64,000 bases of DNA from Planctomycetaceae bacterium UBA2671 (GCA_002359185.1 DEML01000116.1:20362-84361); one strand, 5' to 3'; numbered from the stretch's first letter, positions 1 through 10,782 are shown. Notes: generated by a model not told the origin, from the sequence alone. Program-made: numbers and translations.

Positions 1-836
1 GCAATGATATCTTCGGGTTTATTCGTCTGAATACCAGAAACTATCAGGACCACAAAGGCGCTCCAGGTCATGATGCCGCCGAACATTTCCAGGAAGGCAA
101 TTGTGGTGTGCCCCATCAGGAAATCTCCCCAGGAGGGAAAGATGAAGCTGCGCCAGGCTAATTCCGAAGGCTTCCAGTAAGTCGCTCCGCAATTGTCGCA
201 GTCGTGCTCGTTCTTAGGGACTTTGTCTTTGCAGTGCGTACACAAATTCTCCAGTGACTGTGACGATCCGGGATTGAAACCCGATTCTCGATATCGATCC
301 AGCGCCTCCTGAAAAATAACGGGCATCGTTTTCCGGTCAGCTTTGGGGAAGCCGGTGAAAGAGAGTTTCTTTCCGTCTTTGAGTTTCAGATTCAGCATTC
401 CATTCCAGGTCCCCTTAAATTTGTCGATCTGGCTGTAGTAAATCATCCAGAGCGTCTTTTTGGGTTTACCTTTCGAATTGGAATGAATCATCACCAGCCT
501 GAGGTTCGTCAGTACGAAGACGGTGTGATTAATCATCGCCGCCCACAACCCCATGAAGTAAAATTCGAGGAAGGAATAGCGGGTTCCTTTGGAAATGTAG
601 AGAACTTCTTCCCCTTCAAGCAGGGACTCCTGCAGGATTTCTTTGGTATTTTCAATGTATTTCAGTTTGGTTTTGAATGACTTCTTCCAACCCCAGCCTG
701 TCGTTTTGGGAAAGACCGACTCCAGATGAAAATTAACTCCTGCAGGCAAGCTTGCATTGAGTTCTTTCAGACGTGAGGGAACAGTTGGTTGAGTATCAAC
801 GGGAGAGAAAACTTCGTCCTGTTCGAATTGAGTCAT
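1..836 (-). CDS. Partial CDS (C-terminus runs off the window): membrane protein with PH/GRAM-like N-terminal region, CxxC...CxxC zinc-ribbon and a C-terminal TM segment
   Basis: Absent from the ORF track because it is open at the window edge. My own translation of the minus strand from the ATG at 836..834 gives an uninterrupted frame to position 1: MTQFEQDEVFSPVD...CTHCKDKVPKNEHDCDNCGATYW...FLEMFGGIMTWSAFVVLIVSG. It is divergent from the histidine kinase gene. Confidence 0.5.
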   Translation of the reverse strand, partial: MTQFEQDEVFSPVDTQPTVPSRLKELNASLPAGVNFHLESVFPKTTGWGWKKSFKTKLKYIENTKEILQESLLEGEEVLYISKGTRYSFLEFYFMGLWAAMINHTVFVLTNLRLVMIHSNSKGKPKKTLWMIYYSQIDKFKGTWNGMLNLKLKDGKKLSFTGFPKADRKTMPVIFQEALDRYRESGFNPGSSQSLENLCTHCKDKVPKNEHDCDNCGATYWKPSELAWRSFIFPSWGDFLMGHTTIAFLEMFGGIMTWSAFVVLIVSGIQTNKPEDII

Positions 837-1194
837 GGATAACCCTGGAATTCTATGGAAATGAATTAGTTATTGATCAGATGTCAACAAGTAGCAAGCG
901 GCCTGTTCAAGTTACTATGATGATGGCCGATTGTAAAATTTACAATCTCATCTTTTGCGGAGAATCTCCCGAATTACCTAGAGTCCGAAGTTGCCGTAAT
1001 CGGGATAGCAGACACGTTTTCGATGGGAGTCCGTAATGGCGAGATCTGCTGGAAAAGATATTGCATTGGCTTGTCGATGTTGTTGATACGTGTGAAAGGA
1101 TTCGCACCCGCCTGCAAGTGTGCCTGTTTTTATAAGGTACAAAATCAGTGAGCCGCCCGATCCTGCGGCGACCAGAAAGGACTCTGTTTCTTCA

Positions 1195-2028
1195 ATGTCA
1201 CAATCTTCCGAACACAACTCCGCATCGCAATCTTCTCTCGAAGCCTCGAAAATTTCACAACTCGAAGTTCGGCTCGCGGAAATGCAGAAGCAGTTGCTGC
1301 ATCTCGAGAAGATGAGCACCGTGGGCGTGCTGGCCTCATCGATCACTCACGAATTCAACAACATTCTCACGACAGTCATCAACTACGCGAAAATGGGACT
1401 GCGTCATCAGGATGCCGCCACGCGCGATAAAGCCTTCGATAAAATTCTGGCTGCTGGTCAACGAGCCGCGAAAATTACGACCGGAATGCTGGCCTACGCC
1501 AAGGATCGCGGCAGTCAAACCGATGTGCACAGCCTTGTCCAACTTGCAGATGATGTGCTCGTACTGGTCGAAAAAGACTTGCAGAAACATCGCATCAGCC
1601 TGGTGAAGAACATCACAGCTAACGCACATGCGAATGTGAATCCGAGTCAGATTCAACAGATTCTTTTGAATCTGATCATCAATGCCCGGCAGGCGATGGA
1701 GCCGGGCGGCACGATGACGATCACAATCGGCACGGATCCTTCCGGCCCGTGGTCAATTCTTTCCGTCAAAGATACCGGCAGCGGCATTCCCGCAGAGAAA
1801 CTGCCTCACATTTTTGAAACGTTTTACACTACAAAAACAGCCGATGAATCGGGGCAGGGGGGGAGTGGTCTCGGACTGTCCTTATGCAAAGACATCATGG
1901 AAGCCCACCACGGCCGCATCCGCGTCGACAGCAAAGTTGGAGAAGGAACCTGCTTCACTTTGAAACTGCCGCAGGCTCAAGCGACTGGGTTTGTGAAAAC
2001 CGATGGGATTACGAATAAAGCCGGGTAA
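1195..2028 (+). CDS. Cytoplasmic histidine kinase (HisKA + HATPase_c) with no TM segment or recognisable sensor domain
   Basis: ORF 1120..2028 starts at GTG; the first ATG is at 1195 (MSQSSEHNS). A coiled-coil precedes H-box STVGVLASSITHEFNNILT, N-box LLNLIINARQAM, G1 VKDTGSGIP and G2 GGSGLGLSLC. Confidence 0.85.
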   Translation: MSQSSEHNSASQSSLEASKISQLEVRLAEMQKQLLHLEKMSTVGVLASSITHEFNNILTTVINYAKMGLRHQDAATRDKAFDKILAAGQRAAKITTGMLAYAKDRGSQTDVHSLVQLADDVLVLVEKDLQKHRISLVKNITANAHANVNPSQIQQILLNLIINARQAMEPGGTMTITIGTDPSGPWSILSVKDTGSGIPAEKLPHIFETFYTTKTADESGQGGSGLGLSLCKDIMEAHHGRIRVDSKVGEGTCFTLKLPQAQATGFVKTDGITNKAG

Positions 2029-2246
2029 TTGATTTTGGATAGCTCCTTGTTAGCCGCGAAAGATACTCTCGGGGCCGCGAGACCCTGCAACGGCAGTGGT
2101 TTTCACGCTTTGAGAATCGATGATTCCGACGTTCGGCTTAGGAGTTCGCCCCGCTTTTCGGCGAACAAGCTGGACGAATTCGTCATGAAGAATTCGTGGA
2201 CAATCCTTGATTAATCAAACAGCTTCTAATAACAATTATGTGATTT

Positions 2247-3086
2247 TCAACAAGGTTGTTCCTGAAGATTGGGACGATAGTAAACCGAACGACAATGTCG
2301 CTGAGGAGCCCACCTTGGACCGTAGCCCAGTAAATTTTCTGACGTTCCGACCATCAAAACACCATGGGTTTCCATCACATTTGCCAGCCGCTCAAAGAGA
2401 TCTCTTTTAATCGGTAGATCAAAATAGATGGCGACGTTGCGGCAGAAGATGATGTCGTAGTGTCCGAGGCCGGTGAAGGGTTCGAGGAGGTTTCTTTTTT
2501 CAAACGAAACGAGACTGCGAATCGGGTCGATGATTTGCCATTCCGAGCCGACGCGGGTGAAGTATCGGGATTTCATATCAGCGGGGACACCTCGGCTCAT
2601 TTCCAGATCGCTGTATCGTCCACGACTCGCGTGAGCAATTGCCGCTTCCGAGATATCGGTTGCATGAATCTGGATATCCCAGTTGTATATATCGGGAATC
2701 ATCCGGTGCAGTAACATGCCGATGCTGTAAGGTTCCTGGCCGCTGCTGCAGGCGGCTGACCAGATTCTCAGTTTTTTTGGAAAAATGGATTTGGCTCGAA
2801 TATCGATGATCTCGGGGAGTGCTTTATATTCCAGGGCCTGATATGCAGTATCGTCACGGAAAAACAGAGTTTCTCGCGTCGTGACAGCATCGATCAGAGC
2901 AATCCGAAGTTTGTGATTCAGTGGAAGTGCACGAATCAATGCTTCGTAGCTCGGCAAATTGAAACTACTCAGCAACGGTTTGAGTCGGGATTCGATCAGA
3001 TATGTTTTGCTGGCGTCCCATTGGATGCCGCAAAGTTCGTTGACCTTACGACAAACCATTTGTATTTCTGTTGGTGTGGGGGTCAT
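2247..3086 (-). CDS. cheR: Chemotaxis protein methyltransferase CheR
   Basis: ORF 2247..3095. The ATG at 3086 overlaps the cheB stop (ATGA at 3083..3086). CheR_N-like YLIESRLKPLL is followed by SAM-MTase motifs RIWSAACSSGQEPYSIGMLL and DIIFCRNVAIYF. Confidence 0.9.
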   Translation of the reverse strand: MTPTPTEIQMVCRKVNELCGIQWDASKTYLIESRLKPLLSSFNLPSYEALIRALPLNHKLRIALIDAVTTRETLFFRDDTAYQALEYKALPEIIDIRAKSIFPKKLRIWSAACSSGQEPYSIGMLLHRMIPDIYNWDIQIHATDISEAAIAHASRGRYSDLEMSRGVPADMKSRYFTRVGSEWQIIDPIRSLVSFEKRNLLEPFTGLGHYDIIFCRNVAIYFDLPIKRDLFERLANVMETHGVLMVGTSENLLGYGPRWAPQRHCRSVYYRPNLQEQPC

Positions 3087-4270
3087 ACGAAACACTCCTG
3101 AGTCGTGGCCCGCTGGACCGCTTGTGAAATTTGATGGAGCGGGAGAATGGCATCGACAATGCCGGCTTCCGTCGGAAATCGCGGCATGCCATAAACGACA
3201 CAGGTTTCCTGATCCTGAACGAACACTTTTCCATGGGCTTTCCTGATCGCCTGAGCCCCGAGAAATCCGTCGCTGCCCATACCGGTCATAATGACCCCGA
3301 GCGTTTTACTGCCGTATTCTTTGACTAACGATCGGAACAGATAATCGACCGCAGGTCGGCAACTGTTTTCTGGAGGATCTTCGGTGAGTTCAATCACCTT
3401 GTGTACCCCGTCATTAGCGACGCGCATTTGCAGTCCACCGGGAGCGATGTAGACGACTCCTTTGCAAACCTTCTCGCCCTGCTCGGCTTCTTTCACTTCC
3501 AGGGGACTCTGCTGATTCAGATTTTGAGCCAGCGATTTCGTAAAGATTGGAGGCATGTGCTGCACGATCAGAATCGGCACCGGAAAGTCTCGCGGGAAGT
3601 GGGGGATGACTTGTTTGAGCGAAGCGGGTCCGCCTGTGGAGACGCCGATTCCGACCACCCCTTGATCCGAAAGCCAGCCGAGGTTTGAGGGGCAAACATT
3701 ATCAACGGGACTTGCCATCACGACTTTGGGGCTCGACGAAGGAACGACTGCAGCAGGTTTGCTCACGGGTTGTTTCGTCGGTTCCACATGGTGATGGACA
3801 TGATCCTGAATCAGTTTGACTCGGGCAGAAATCTCTTTGATGAGTTTCTGCATGTTCTCTTCTCGAGAGCTTCCCTGAGGCTTGAGGATGAAGTCCAACG
3901 CGCCTGCATTCAGACATTCAATCGTTTCTTTGGCTCCTGCCTGGGTGACAGAGCTGAGCATGATGAATTTGGAATGGCATTTGGTTTTATCAATCGCCTT
4001 GAGGACTTCGAGTCCGCTGAAGACTGGCATTTCCAGATCCAGCGTGACGAGGTCGGGCTGGAGTTCCTGAATCTTTTGAATGGCCTGACGACCATCTCCG
4101 GAACTCCCGACGATTTCTACATTAGGAATACAAACACACGCCTGGCGAACAATCTGACGGAAGATCAGAGAATCGTCGACGATAAATACTTTGAAGGGTT
4201 CAGCCACGGGATTATTTCTCCAGGGGAAAGATGTCTGAAATAATGACTTGAGAATCCAGACATCTGACAA
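3083..4270 (-). CDS. cheB: Protein-glutamate methylesterase CheB (receiver + methylesterase)
   Basis: 395-aa ORF. Receiver domain: FKVFIVDDS...LVTLDLEMP. Esterase catalytic-triad contexts: VVGIGVSTGGP (Ser), ILIVQHMPP (His), VIMTGMGSDG (Asp). An alternative GTG start at 4207 is possible. Confidence 0.9.
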   Translation of the reverse strand: MSDVWILKSLFQTSFPWRNNPVAEPFKVFIVDDSLIFRQIVRQACVCIPNVEIVGSSGDGRQAIQKIQELQPDLVTLDLEMPVFSGLEVLKAIDKTKCHSKFIMLSSVTQAGAKETIECLNAGALDFILKPQGSSREENMQKLIKEISARVKLIQDHVHHHVEPTKQPVSKPAAVVPSSSPKVVMASPVDNVCPSNLGWLSDQGVVGIGVSTGGPASLKQVIPHFPRDFPVPILIVQHMPPIFTKSLAQNLNQQSPLEVKEAEQGEKVCKGVVYIAPGGLQMRVANDGVHKVIELTEDPPENSCRPAVDYLFRSLVKEYGSKTLGVIMTGMGSDGFLGAQAIRKAHGKVFVQDQETCVVYGMPRFPTEAGIVDAILPLHQISQAVQRATTQECFV

Positions 4271-4425
4271 TTCTGCTTTCCATTGCAGAGAGAGGGTATT
4301 TTTATTTTTTCGTGTCTATCAAAACTCTCGACTGGGGCGCCTTTGTCTGAAACTGCTATCCGATCGCGAAAATGCTGGATAGCAAATTTTGGCTCCAATG
4401 CCTGCAGAGGGTGACTTCTGAAGAA

Positions 4426-4453
4426 GACCGCACTGCCGGAATACAGTGCGGTC
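4426..4453 (-). terminator. Hairpin between the MCP gene and cheB (possible attenuator or weak intrinsic terminator)
   Basis: Perfect 10-bp stem GACCGCACTG / CAGTGCGGTC with an 8-nt loop. On the minus-strand transcript it is followed by UUCUUCAG, which is only a partial U-tract. Confidence 0.3.
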
Positions 4454-4474
4454 CTTTCAGTTTCAGTAAATCTC

Positions 4475-6487
4475 TTAGTACTTGAAGTTCGACAACAGTT
4501 TTCGCAAAGACTCGGCCATGGCGGAGAGCTCATCGGCAGATTTCTGGGATTCTGCTGCTCCATTTGTGGTGGAGTTGGCCGCTTCGGCTACGCGGGAAAT
4601 GTTCCCGGTGATGCCGGTTGTGCCTGTGGCCGCTTCGGCTACTGAGCGACTGATCTCGCTGTTGGTGGCAGACTGTTCTTCAACCGCACTGGCGATCGTG
4701 TTGGAGATTTCGTTGATCTTGCTGATCACGCTGGTGATTTCCGCAATCGCGTCAACCGACTTGGTCGTATCCGACTGGATCGCTTCGATTTTCTGACTGA
4801 TATCTTCAGTGGCACGAGCGGTTTCCTTGGCCAGTTCTTTGACTTCGTTGGCGACAACGGCAAAACCTTTGCCGGCTTCGCCAGCTCGGGCGGCTTCGAT
4901 TGTCGCGTTCAAAGCGAGCAGATTGGTTTGCTCGGCAATCGAGTTAATCACTTTGACCACTTTTCCAATTTCAGCACTGCTGACACCCAGCTGAGAAACG
5001 GTTCGGTTTGTCGTTTCGGCAACTTTCACAGCCACAGTCGCGACATTGAACGCTTCATTGGCGTTGGTGGAAATTTCACGCGTTGAAGCGTTCATCTCTT
5101 CAATGGCTGAGGCAACGGTTTGAACATTCTCGTTGACCTGTTGAGCCGCGTTGGCAGCCAGATTGGCCTGACCGCAGGTTTCGCTGGCATTGTTGGTCAT
5201 CTCACTGCTCACTGATTTCAGTTGAGCAGATGCACTGGCCAGTTGCATGGCTGCATCGGCGACCAGAGAGAGAACTTTCTTCTGTTCAGAAACGTCGGTC
5301 GCGTATTTGACAACCTTATAGGGTTTGCCCTTTAGATCCATAATCGGATTGTAAGACGCCTGAATCCAGATGGTATTTCCTTGCTTAGTAATGCGTTTGT
5401 ATTCGCTAGCCTGGTATTCTCCCCGATTCAATTTATCCCAGAAGGACCGGTATTCCGAGCTTTCTGAGAAATCCTTTTCGCAGAAGATACGATGGTGTTT
5501 GCCCTTGATTTCTTCCAGGGTGTAACCGACCGCTGAGAGGAAGTTATCATTCGCGCTAATCACTGTTCCATCCATATTGAATTCAATGACAGCCTGGGAT
5601 TTGCTGATGGCTGAGATCTGACCAGAGTAATCCGCGTTTCGGACTTCCTGAGAACGTTTTTCGGTCACATCTTCCCACTCAAGTGTGTTTCCAACGTATT
5701 CCCCCTTGGAGTCATAAACTGCTGTCACGTTCAGCGAAATGGTCAGAGGTCCTAAAGGGATGTCTGTTTTATAAGGGAGATTTCTTGGATCCGAGAGCAT
5801 TTTTCTCTGATGGCTGGGATCTTTGTGAAATTTATCAATACAGGTTCCCAGAAGATTATTGGGATTAAACGAGGGAAAGACTTTACGCAGGACATCCTGA
5901 TATTTCGTGAGTAAATCCATCGTTGCTTTATTGTGATAAGTGACAATAAAATCGCGGTCGACCATCATGAAGGCCGCATCTGAGTTTTCGATAAGGTTTT
6001 GTAAACGAAACGCCTCTTCCTTGGATTTGATTTGGTTTGTGATGTCCGTCGCAAATTTGGTAACCTTCAGGCATCTTCCATTTTCATCAAGGATGGGGTT
6101 GTATGAAGCCTGAATCCAGACTTCCTTTCCACCCTTTCCAATTCGCTTGTACTCGGCAGAGTCATACTGTCCGCGATTCAATTTATCCCAGAAGGCACGA
6201 TATTCCTGGCTGTTCGCATATTCGGCTTCACAAAACATTCGGTGATGCTGTCCGACCACTTCGTTCAGGGAGTACCCGAGTGTTTTCAAAAAGTTCTCGT
6301 TAGCATCGAGAACGATTCCATCCATATTGAATTCAACCACAGCCATCGATTTGTTAATGGCTTCCAACTGACACTTCAGATCAATACTCTGTTTCTTAGT
6401 TTCAGGGGCCTGGGGATTGACTTCAGTGGCCTGATTGTTGACGATTTTTTTCAGGCGGTTTTTGCTACTGGAAAACGTAGAGATCAT
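4475..6487 (-). CDS. Soluble methyl-accepting chemotaxis protein with three PAS domains
   Basis: 670-aa ORF with no TM segment. PAS1 ([24 protein letters not shown]...[11 protein letters not shown]) and PAS3 ([24 protein letters not shown]...[11 protein letters not shown]) are obvious paralogous repeats flanking a third PAS. The C-terminal MCP signalling hairpin reads [37 protein letters not shown]. Confidence 0.9.
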   Translation of the reverse strand: MISTFSSSKNRLKKIVNNQATEVNPQAPETKKQSIDLKCQLEAINKSMAVVEFNMDGIVLDANENFLKTLGYSLNEVVGQHHRMFCEAEYANSQEYRAFWDKLNRGQYDSAEYKRIGKGGKEVWIQASYNPILDENGRCLKVTKFATDITNQIKSKEEAFRLQNLIENSDAAFMMVDRDFIVTYHNKATMDLLTKYQDVLRKVFPSFNPNNLLGTCIDKFHKDPSHQRKMLSDPRNLPYKTDIPLGPLTISLNVTAVYDSKGEYVGNTLEWEDVTEKRSQEVRNADYSGQISAISKSQAVIEFNMDGTVISANDNFLSAVGYTLEEIKGKHHRIFCEKDFSESSEYRSFWDKLNRGEYQASEYKRITKQGNTIWIQASYNPIMDLKGKPYKVVKYATDVSEQKKVLSLVADAAMQLASASAQLKSVSSEMTNNASETCGQANLAANAAQQVNENVQTVASAIEEMNASTREISTNANEAFNVATVAVKVAETTNRTVSQLGVSSAEIGKVVKVINSIAEQTNLLALNATIEAARAGEAGKGFAVVANEVKELAKETARATEDISQKIEAIQSDTTKSVDAIAEITSVISKINEISNTIASAVEEQSATNSEISRSVAEAATGTTGITGNISRVAEAANSTTNGAAESQKSADELSAMAESLRKLLSNFKY

Positions 6488-6577
6488 TTCAAAAGCTTTC
6501 TTAGAGGGGGTAAGGAATTTTAGAGAGTTATTGGTTCACGAAACTAAACGAGTTGAATTTGACCTCTTTATTTGAAA

Positions 6578-7051
6578 TCAATGAGTCAACGAAACAGAGA
6601 GAACGTTTGCGATATTCAGTACCGAGATCACTTTATGATCGGTATTGATAATCGATTCAAAATAATCATAATTTGACTGGTGAAGATGTGAGGGATAGTC
6701 TTCAATTTGATCGCAGGAAAATGTGCAGACATCATCCACGTGATCGACCAGCATCCCGATTCGTTCATCCCCCAGGTCAACGACAATCGCTTTTTGCGAT
6801 TCTGTGGACTCGGCTTGTGGATACCCGAGCAGAATTCTCAGATCAATCAATGTGACGACCTCTCCTCGAAGATGAACAACTCCACTCACATAGGAATCGA
6901 CGGCCGGAACACGAGTTGGTTCGATGTGGCGATTCAATTCCTGAATGTGATCGATATTGATTCCCATCCAGGAATCTTCCACGCGGAAGGTCACCAGCTG
7001 GATAAAATCCGCTTTTTGCGGCGAAGCGATTGCTCTGTCGTTTTGCATCAA
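6578..7051 (-). CDS. cheW: Coupling protein CheW
   Basis: 157-aa ORF made of a single CheW-like domain (LVTFRVEDSWMGINIDHIQEL...VSGVVHLRGEVVTLIDLR), placed between cheA and the MCP gene. Confidence 0.9.
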   Translation of the reverse strand: MMQNDRAIASPQKADFIQLVTFRVEDSWMGINIDHIQELNRHIEPTRVPAVDSYVSGVVHLRGEVVTLIDLRILLGYPQAESTESQKAIVVDLGDERIGMLVDHVDDVCTFSCDQIEDYPSHLHQSNYDYFESIINTDHKVISVLNIANVLSVSLTH

Positions 7052-7081
7052 CGTTTCTCCTGTGAGAATTGATAAGATTGC

Positions 7082-10024
7082 TTAAGAATGACTGATATAG
7101 CGGGACAGAGTTTCAATCAGTTTGGCTCGATCCAATTTGATCATGTGTTCTGTAATACCGACCGCCTGACTCCGAGCATGACTTTCACTGTCGGCCAGAG
7201 AAGTCACTGCGATCACAGGGATGTGGTTCCAGTGATCACTGGCTCGTATCTTCTGGCAGAATTCAAATCCATCCATGACTGGCATCTCAATATCTGTGAT
7301 CACCAGATCAAATGATTCCTGAGTTGACTTGAGAAATTCCCAGGCTTCGGATCCATTCTCAAAGTCGTAGACTGTCCAGTTTTCTTCTTCCAGAAAAGAC
7401 TTCATCTTTGAGCGAAAGAAGTTGGAGTCTTCTGCGAGCACGAGTTTCCCACCACCAGTGTCATTGTGAGTGACTGACAATTTGTCAGGGATCATGTGGG
7501 GATATTCACTTTTGGCCATCTGGAAAATATCGAGAACCCGAGTTGTTTTCTGATTTACGATTGTGGAACCCAGTAAACCAGCCGCTTGAAGTGTTTGCGT
7601 ATCCAGTTCGGTTCCAATTCCATGAGTGTCGAGAACTTCGGGGGTGATCAGTCCGACTTCAGAATCAAAGATCTGGCAGACGACGATATAAATTTCGCTG
7701 CCGAATTCGATCGGTCGTGTATGGAAGTGTCTCTCCAGTGAGAGTAACGGTAAGCTGCTGCCGCGATACTTCATCACCAGTCGACCATCAATCGTCTCGA
7801 TTTCGGCAGGGGAAATCTTTTCAATGCGGGAGATTTGAGAGATGGGAATGGCGAATTGCTCATCGGGATGATTGGCGATCATCAGGGCTTCCAAAGTCTC
7901 CTGATCATCATGTTTCTCCAACAACTCCTGTCGCTCAACATCTGAGGTGTCGATTAAGCCAATTCGTTTCTGGTTGGCCAATCCCGCAACATCGATAATG
8001 AATGCGATTTGACCATCACCCAGAATTGTTGCACCCGCCAGCCAGCTGACATTCTTGATGTGACGCCCGAGTGGTTTGACCACGATCTCCTCGGTGTCAT
8101 GCAACGCATCGACAATCAGACCGAACTGAATTTCACCGTAATTTAAAACGACGATATTGATAGAATCGGCAAGTTCACCGTCGGCCTGCGGTTGGTTATT
8201 CGAATTCACATCCACCAGCGGTAGCAGGTTACCGCGAAGCCTCAGAAGTTTAGTTCCACGAATCTTTTCCATTCTGCTCGACCATTCACTTCTCTGGACG
8301 CGTACCAGTTCCGAAACAGACATTTGAGGAACGGCATACCGATTCCCTCGGGAACTGACGACCAGAGACGGAATAATGGCCAGAGTCAGCGGGAGTCGAA
8401 CGATAAATCTGGTCCCTTTTCCCACGTTCGTTTCCACATCCACGGTCCCGCCGAGCTGTTCGAAATTGGTGCGAACAACATCCATCCCGACACCGCGTCC
8501 ACTGACATCGCTGATCTGATCGGCTGTTGAAAATCCAGGATGAAAAATCAGCCGGACTGCTTCTTCCGTCGAAAGTTGCTCGGCTTCGGCACTGGTGAGA
8601 ATGGCTTTTTCGACCGCCTTTTTGCGAAGTCTTTCGGCATCGATCCCCGCTCCATCATCACTGATGATGATGTTCACTTTGCCTTCCTGATGAAACGCAT
8701 TGAGTTCAATTCGTCCGACCGCAGACTTCCCCGCTTTCTGACGGACTGCCGGAGTTTCCACGCCGTGATCCACCGCATTGCGGATCAGGTGGGTCAGGGG
8801 ATCACCGATGCCTTCAATGATTGTTTTGTCGAGTTCGACATCTTTTCCTTTGATCTCAAGTTCACACTGTTTATTCAGTTTCTGACTCAGGTCCCGCACA
8901 ATTCGCGTAAACTTGTTGAAGACATTCCCGATCGGCTGCAGGCGGGTTTTCATCACCGCTTCCTGCACTTCGCTTGTCACCTGATCAATTCGGGAGGCAA
9001 CAGAAAGCAGTACACGATCATTTTCAGAACCGATGGTCTGCAACAATTGATTCCGTCCGAGGACCAGTTCGCCGACCAGATTCATCAATCGATTCAGGAC
9101 GGTGACAGAAACGCGAATGCTACTTTCCGCAGCCGGAGGAACGGAGACGGGTTGAACTTTAGCTGGGGTTTTGTGAACAATTTCTGTGGGAGATGGCACA
9201 TCGATTTGATGGTCCTCTGGTGAATTTCCTGCTTCACTGACAGGGGTATTATCCTCAAGGGGAGATGGCTCAACTTGTAACTCAACACCCTGCTGGACAG
9301 ATTTGACCTTTTCAACGGGAAGCATGAAGAAACCGGCCAGAGATTCCCGATCCAGTTGTGTCGCCAGACTCACCGTCCACGGCAGCGGAAATTCGTTTTC
9401 ATGCGTATCCCAGTTCATCAGAGCTGCCGAGTCGAGATAGCCTCCCAGAACGGTTCCCAGATCTCCGAGACGTTCAATGAAATCCGTCAGATCAGAATTG
9501 GACTGGGTGTTTTCAAACAAATCAAAGGTGATTTCATAAATCTGTTGACCATTCTCGGTGGCTGTCTGAAATTCCTCGTGAGTACAGCAGGAGGTCTGTT
9601 CGACTTCGAGGGCTGGTTCAACTGGAGTTGATTCGGCTTCACCGCTGGTCAGCCGTTCGAGCTGGGCGATTTCGTGAGACACATCCTGCTCATTGGAGGT
9701 GTGCACATTTTCAATCAGAAAGCGTAACTTATCGATTGCGCTGAGCATCACACCGACTCGCTGCGCGTCGATTTTGAAGTGACCATTGCGAAGCAGATCG
9801 AGGATATTCTCCAGACTGTGTGCCAACCGCCCCACCGAATTCAGCCCCAGGAAGCCCGAAGCTCCTTTGATCGAATGGATCGCACGGAAGACTTCATTCA
9901 CGATGTCGGTATCAATATTTTCACCACTGGCTTCAATTTCCAGCAATTGATTATCGATCCCCTCCAACCCATCTCGGGATTCCACAACAAAGTCGTTAAT
10001 CAGGTCTACGCAGTCTTCGAACAT
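7082..10024 (-). CDS. cheA: Hybrid chemotaxis histidine kinase CheA (Hpt - dimerisation - HATPase - two CheW-like domains - C-terminal receiver)
   Basis: 980-aa ORF. Hpt domain: FRAIHSIKGASGFLGL. ATPase motifs: HLIRNAVDHGVE, IISDDGAGID, GRGVGMDVV. Two CheW-like segments: NRYAVPQMSVSELVRV... and EQFAIPISQISRIEKI.... C-terminal REC: KLVLAEDSNFF...LVITDIEMPVMDG. Confidence 0.95.
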   Translation of the reverse strand: MFEDCVDLINDFVVESRDGLEGIDNQLLEIEASGENIDTDIVNEVFRAIHSIKGASGFLGLNSVGRLAHSLENILDLLRNGHFKIDAQRVGVMLSAIDKLRFLIENVHTSNEQDVSHEIAQLERLTSGEAESTPVEPALEVEQTSCCTHEEFQTATENGQQIYEITFDLFENTQSNSDLTDFIERLGDLGTVLGGYLDSAALMNWDTHENEFPLPWTVSLATQLDRESLAGFFMLPVEKVKSVQQGVELQVEPSPLEDNTPVSEAGNSPEDHQIDVPSPTEIVHKTPAKVQPVSVPPAAESSIRVSVTVLNRLMNLVGELVLGRNQLLQTIGSENDRVLLSVASRIDQVTSEVQEAVMKTRLQPIGNVFNKFTRIVRDLSQKLNKQCELEIKGKDVELDKTIIEGIGDPLTHLIRNAVDHGVETPAVRQKAGKSAVGRIELNAFHQEGKVNIIISDDGAGIDAERLRKKAVEKAILTSAEAEQLSTEEAVRLIFHPGFSTADQISDVSGRGVGMDVVRTNFEQLGGTVDVETNVGKGTRFIVRLPLTLAIIPSLVVSSRGNRYAVPQMSVSELVRVQRSEWSSRMEKIRGTKLLRLRGNLLPLVDVNSNNQPQADGELADSINIVVLNYGEIQFGLIVDALHDTEEIVVKPLGRHIKNVSWLAGATILGDGQIAFIIDVAGLANQKRIGLIDTSDVERQELLEKHDDQETLEALMIANHPDEQFAIPISQISRIEKISPAEIETIDGRLVMKYRGSSLPLLSLERHFHTRPIEFGSEIYIVVCQIFDSEVGLITPEVLDTHGIGTELDTQTLQAAGLLGSTIVNQKTTRVLDIFQMAKSEYPHMIPDKLSVTHNDTGGGKLVLAEDSNFFRSKMKSFLEEENWTVYDFENGSEAWEFLKSTQESFDLVITDIEMPVMDGFEFCQKIRASDHWNHIPVIAVTSLADSESHARSQAVGITEHMIKLDRAKLIETLSRYISHS

Positions 10025-10085
10025 ATCTATTTCCCAATGCTACTTCGTTGAATGAACATTTATTTGATGAAACGCGGACTCAGTT

Positions 10086-10364
10086 TTATAGAATGAATTC
10101 AGAGAGGCCGCAGGCTGTTAAGGTGCGTTGCACTTGGTCGGTCGTCGAAACAAATTGCAGTTCGGGACTGTTCGATGATCGCTCGAGAAGACTTTTGGCA
10201 AGTGTTGCGATAAACCACGAGGTGACAGATTCCACATGATGAAAATCGAGAACCTCAACATTCTCCATTTGCCGGAATTGAGAACCGATCTCTTCACGGG
10301 GCAACTCCAGGAGCTGTTTGACCGCAACCGTCGTTTGGAATTCTGTACAGGAAATTGTTGACAT
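10086..10364 (-). CDS. STAS-domain protein (anti-sigma-factor-antagonist-like) embedded in the che operon
   Basis: 92-aa ORF with a STAS-like pattern (VEVLDFHHVESVTSWFIATL...QFVSTTDQVQRTLTACGL). It sits between cheY and cheA with short gaps. Confidence 0.65.
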   Translation of the reverse strand: MSTISCTEFQTTVAVKQLLELPREEIGSQFRQMENVEVLDFHHVESVTSWFIATLAKSLLERSSNSPELQFVSTTDQVQRTLTACGLSEFIL

Positions 10365-10413
10365 GGATTGGCTCGATAATTTGAAAGAAAGAGATTTGGA
10401 AAGACGCTTCGAC

Positions 10414-10782
10414 TTACACCAGGGAAGTAATTCTCTGCTCGAGTTTTTTCCTCAAGGCATCCTGAGTAAACGGCTTAACCACATAATCCGTCACCCCCGC
10501 CTGAATCGCCGCAACAACACTCCCCCGTTCGGCTTCTGTCGTAATCATGATAAAGGGGATCGTTTTATTGATTTGACGGACTTCCTTGAGGAATTCCAGG
10601 CCGTTCATATTCGGCATGTTCCAGTCACTTAAGACGGCATCAAAGCTATTGGAATTGAATAACTCTAATGCCTCCCGTCCATCAGCTGCTTCAGTCACAT
10701 CGCCAAATCCCAATTGGGCTAACGCTTTTGTGATAATGACTCTCATCGTGCGGGAATCGTCAACAACTAGAACTTTCATCAA
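10414..10782 (-). CDS. cheY: Single-domain response regulator CheY
   Basis: 122-aa ORF with KVLVVDDSRTMR, phospho-acceptor context LSDWNMPNMNG and conserved Lys context DYVVKPF. Confidence 0.9.
   Translation of the reverse strand: MMKVLVVDDSRTMRVIITKALAQLGFGDVTEAADGREALELFNSNSFDAVLSDWNMPNMNGLEFLKEVRQINKTIPFIMITTEAERGSVVAAIQAGVTDYVVKPFTQDALRKKLEQRITSLV

Noticed and set aside
483-1036. Two short + strand ORFs (483..680 and 773..1036)
   Set aside because: Both overlap the longer uninterrupted minus-strand frame that runs from 836 to the window edge and has coherent domain features.
8540-9223. 227-aa ORF on the + strand inside cheA
   Set aside because: It lies antisense to the unambiguous CheA frame and is a shadow ORF. 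The same applies to 3770..4243 (in cheB), 23899..24618 (in the reductase), 26148..26813 (in the kinase), 29895..30500 (in cytochrome paralogue 2), 42900..43472 (in the beta-barrel gene), 46864..47397 (in the membrane protein) and 61382..62128 (in the P-type ATPase).
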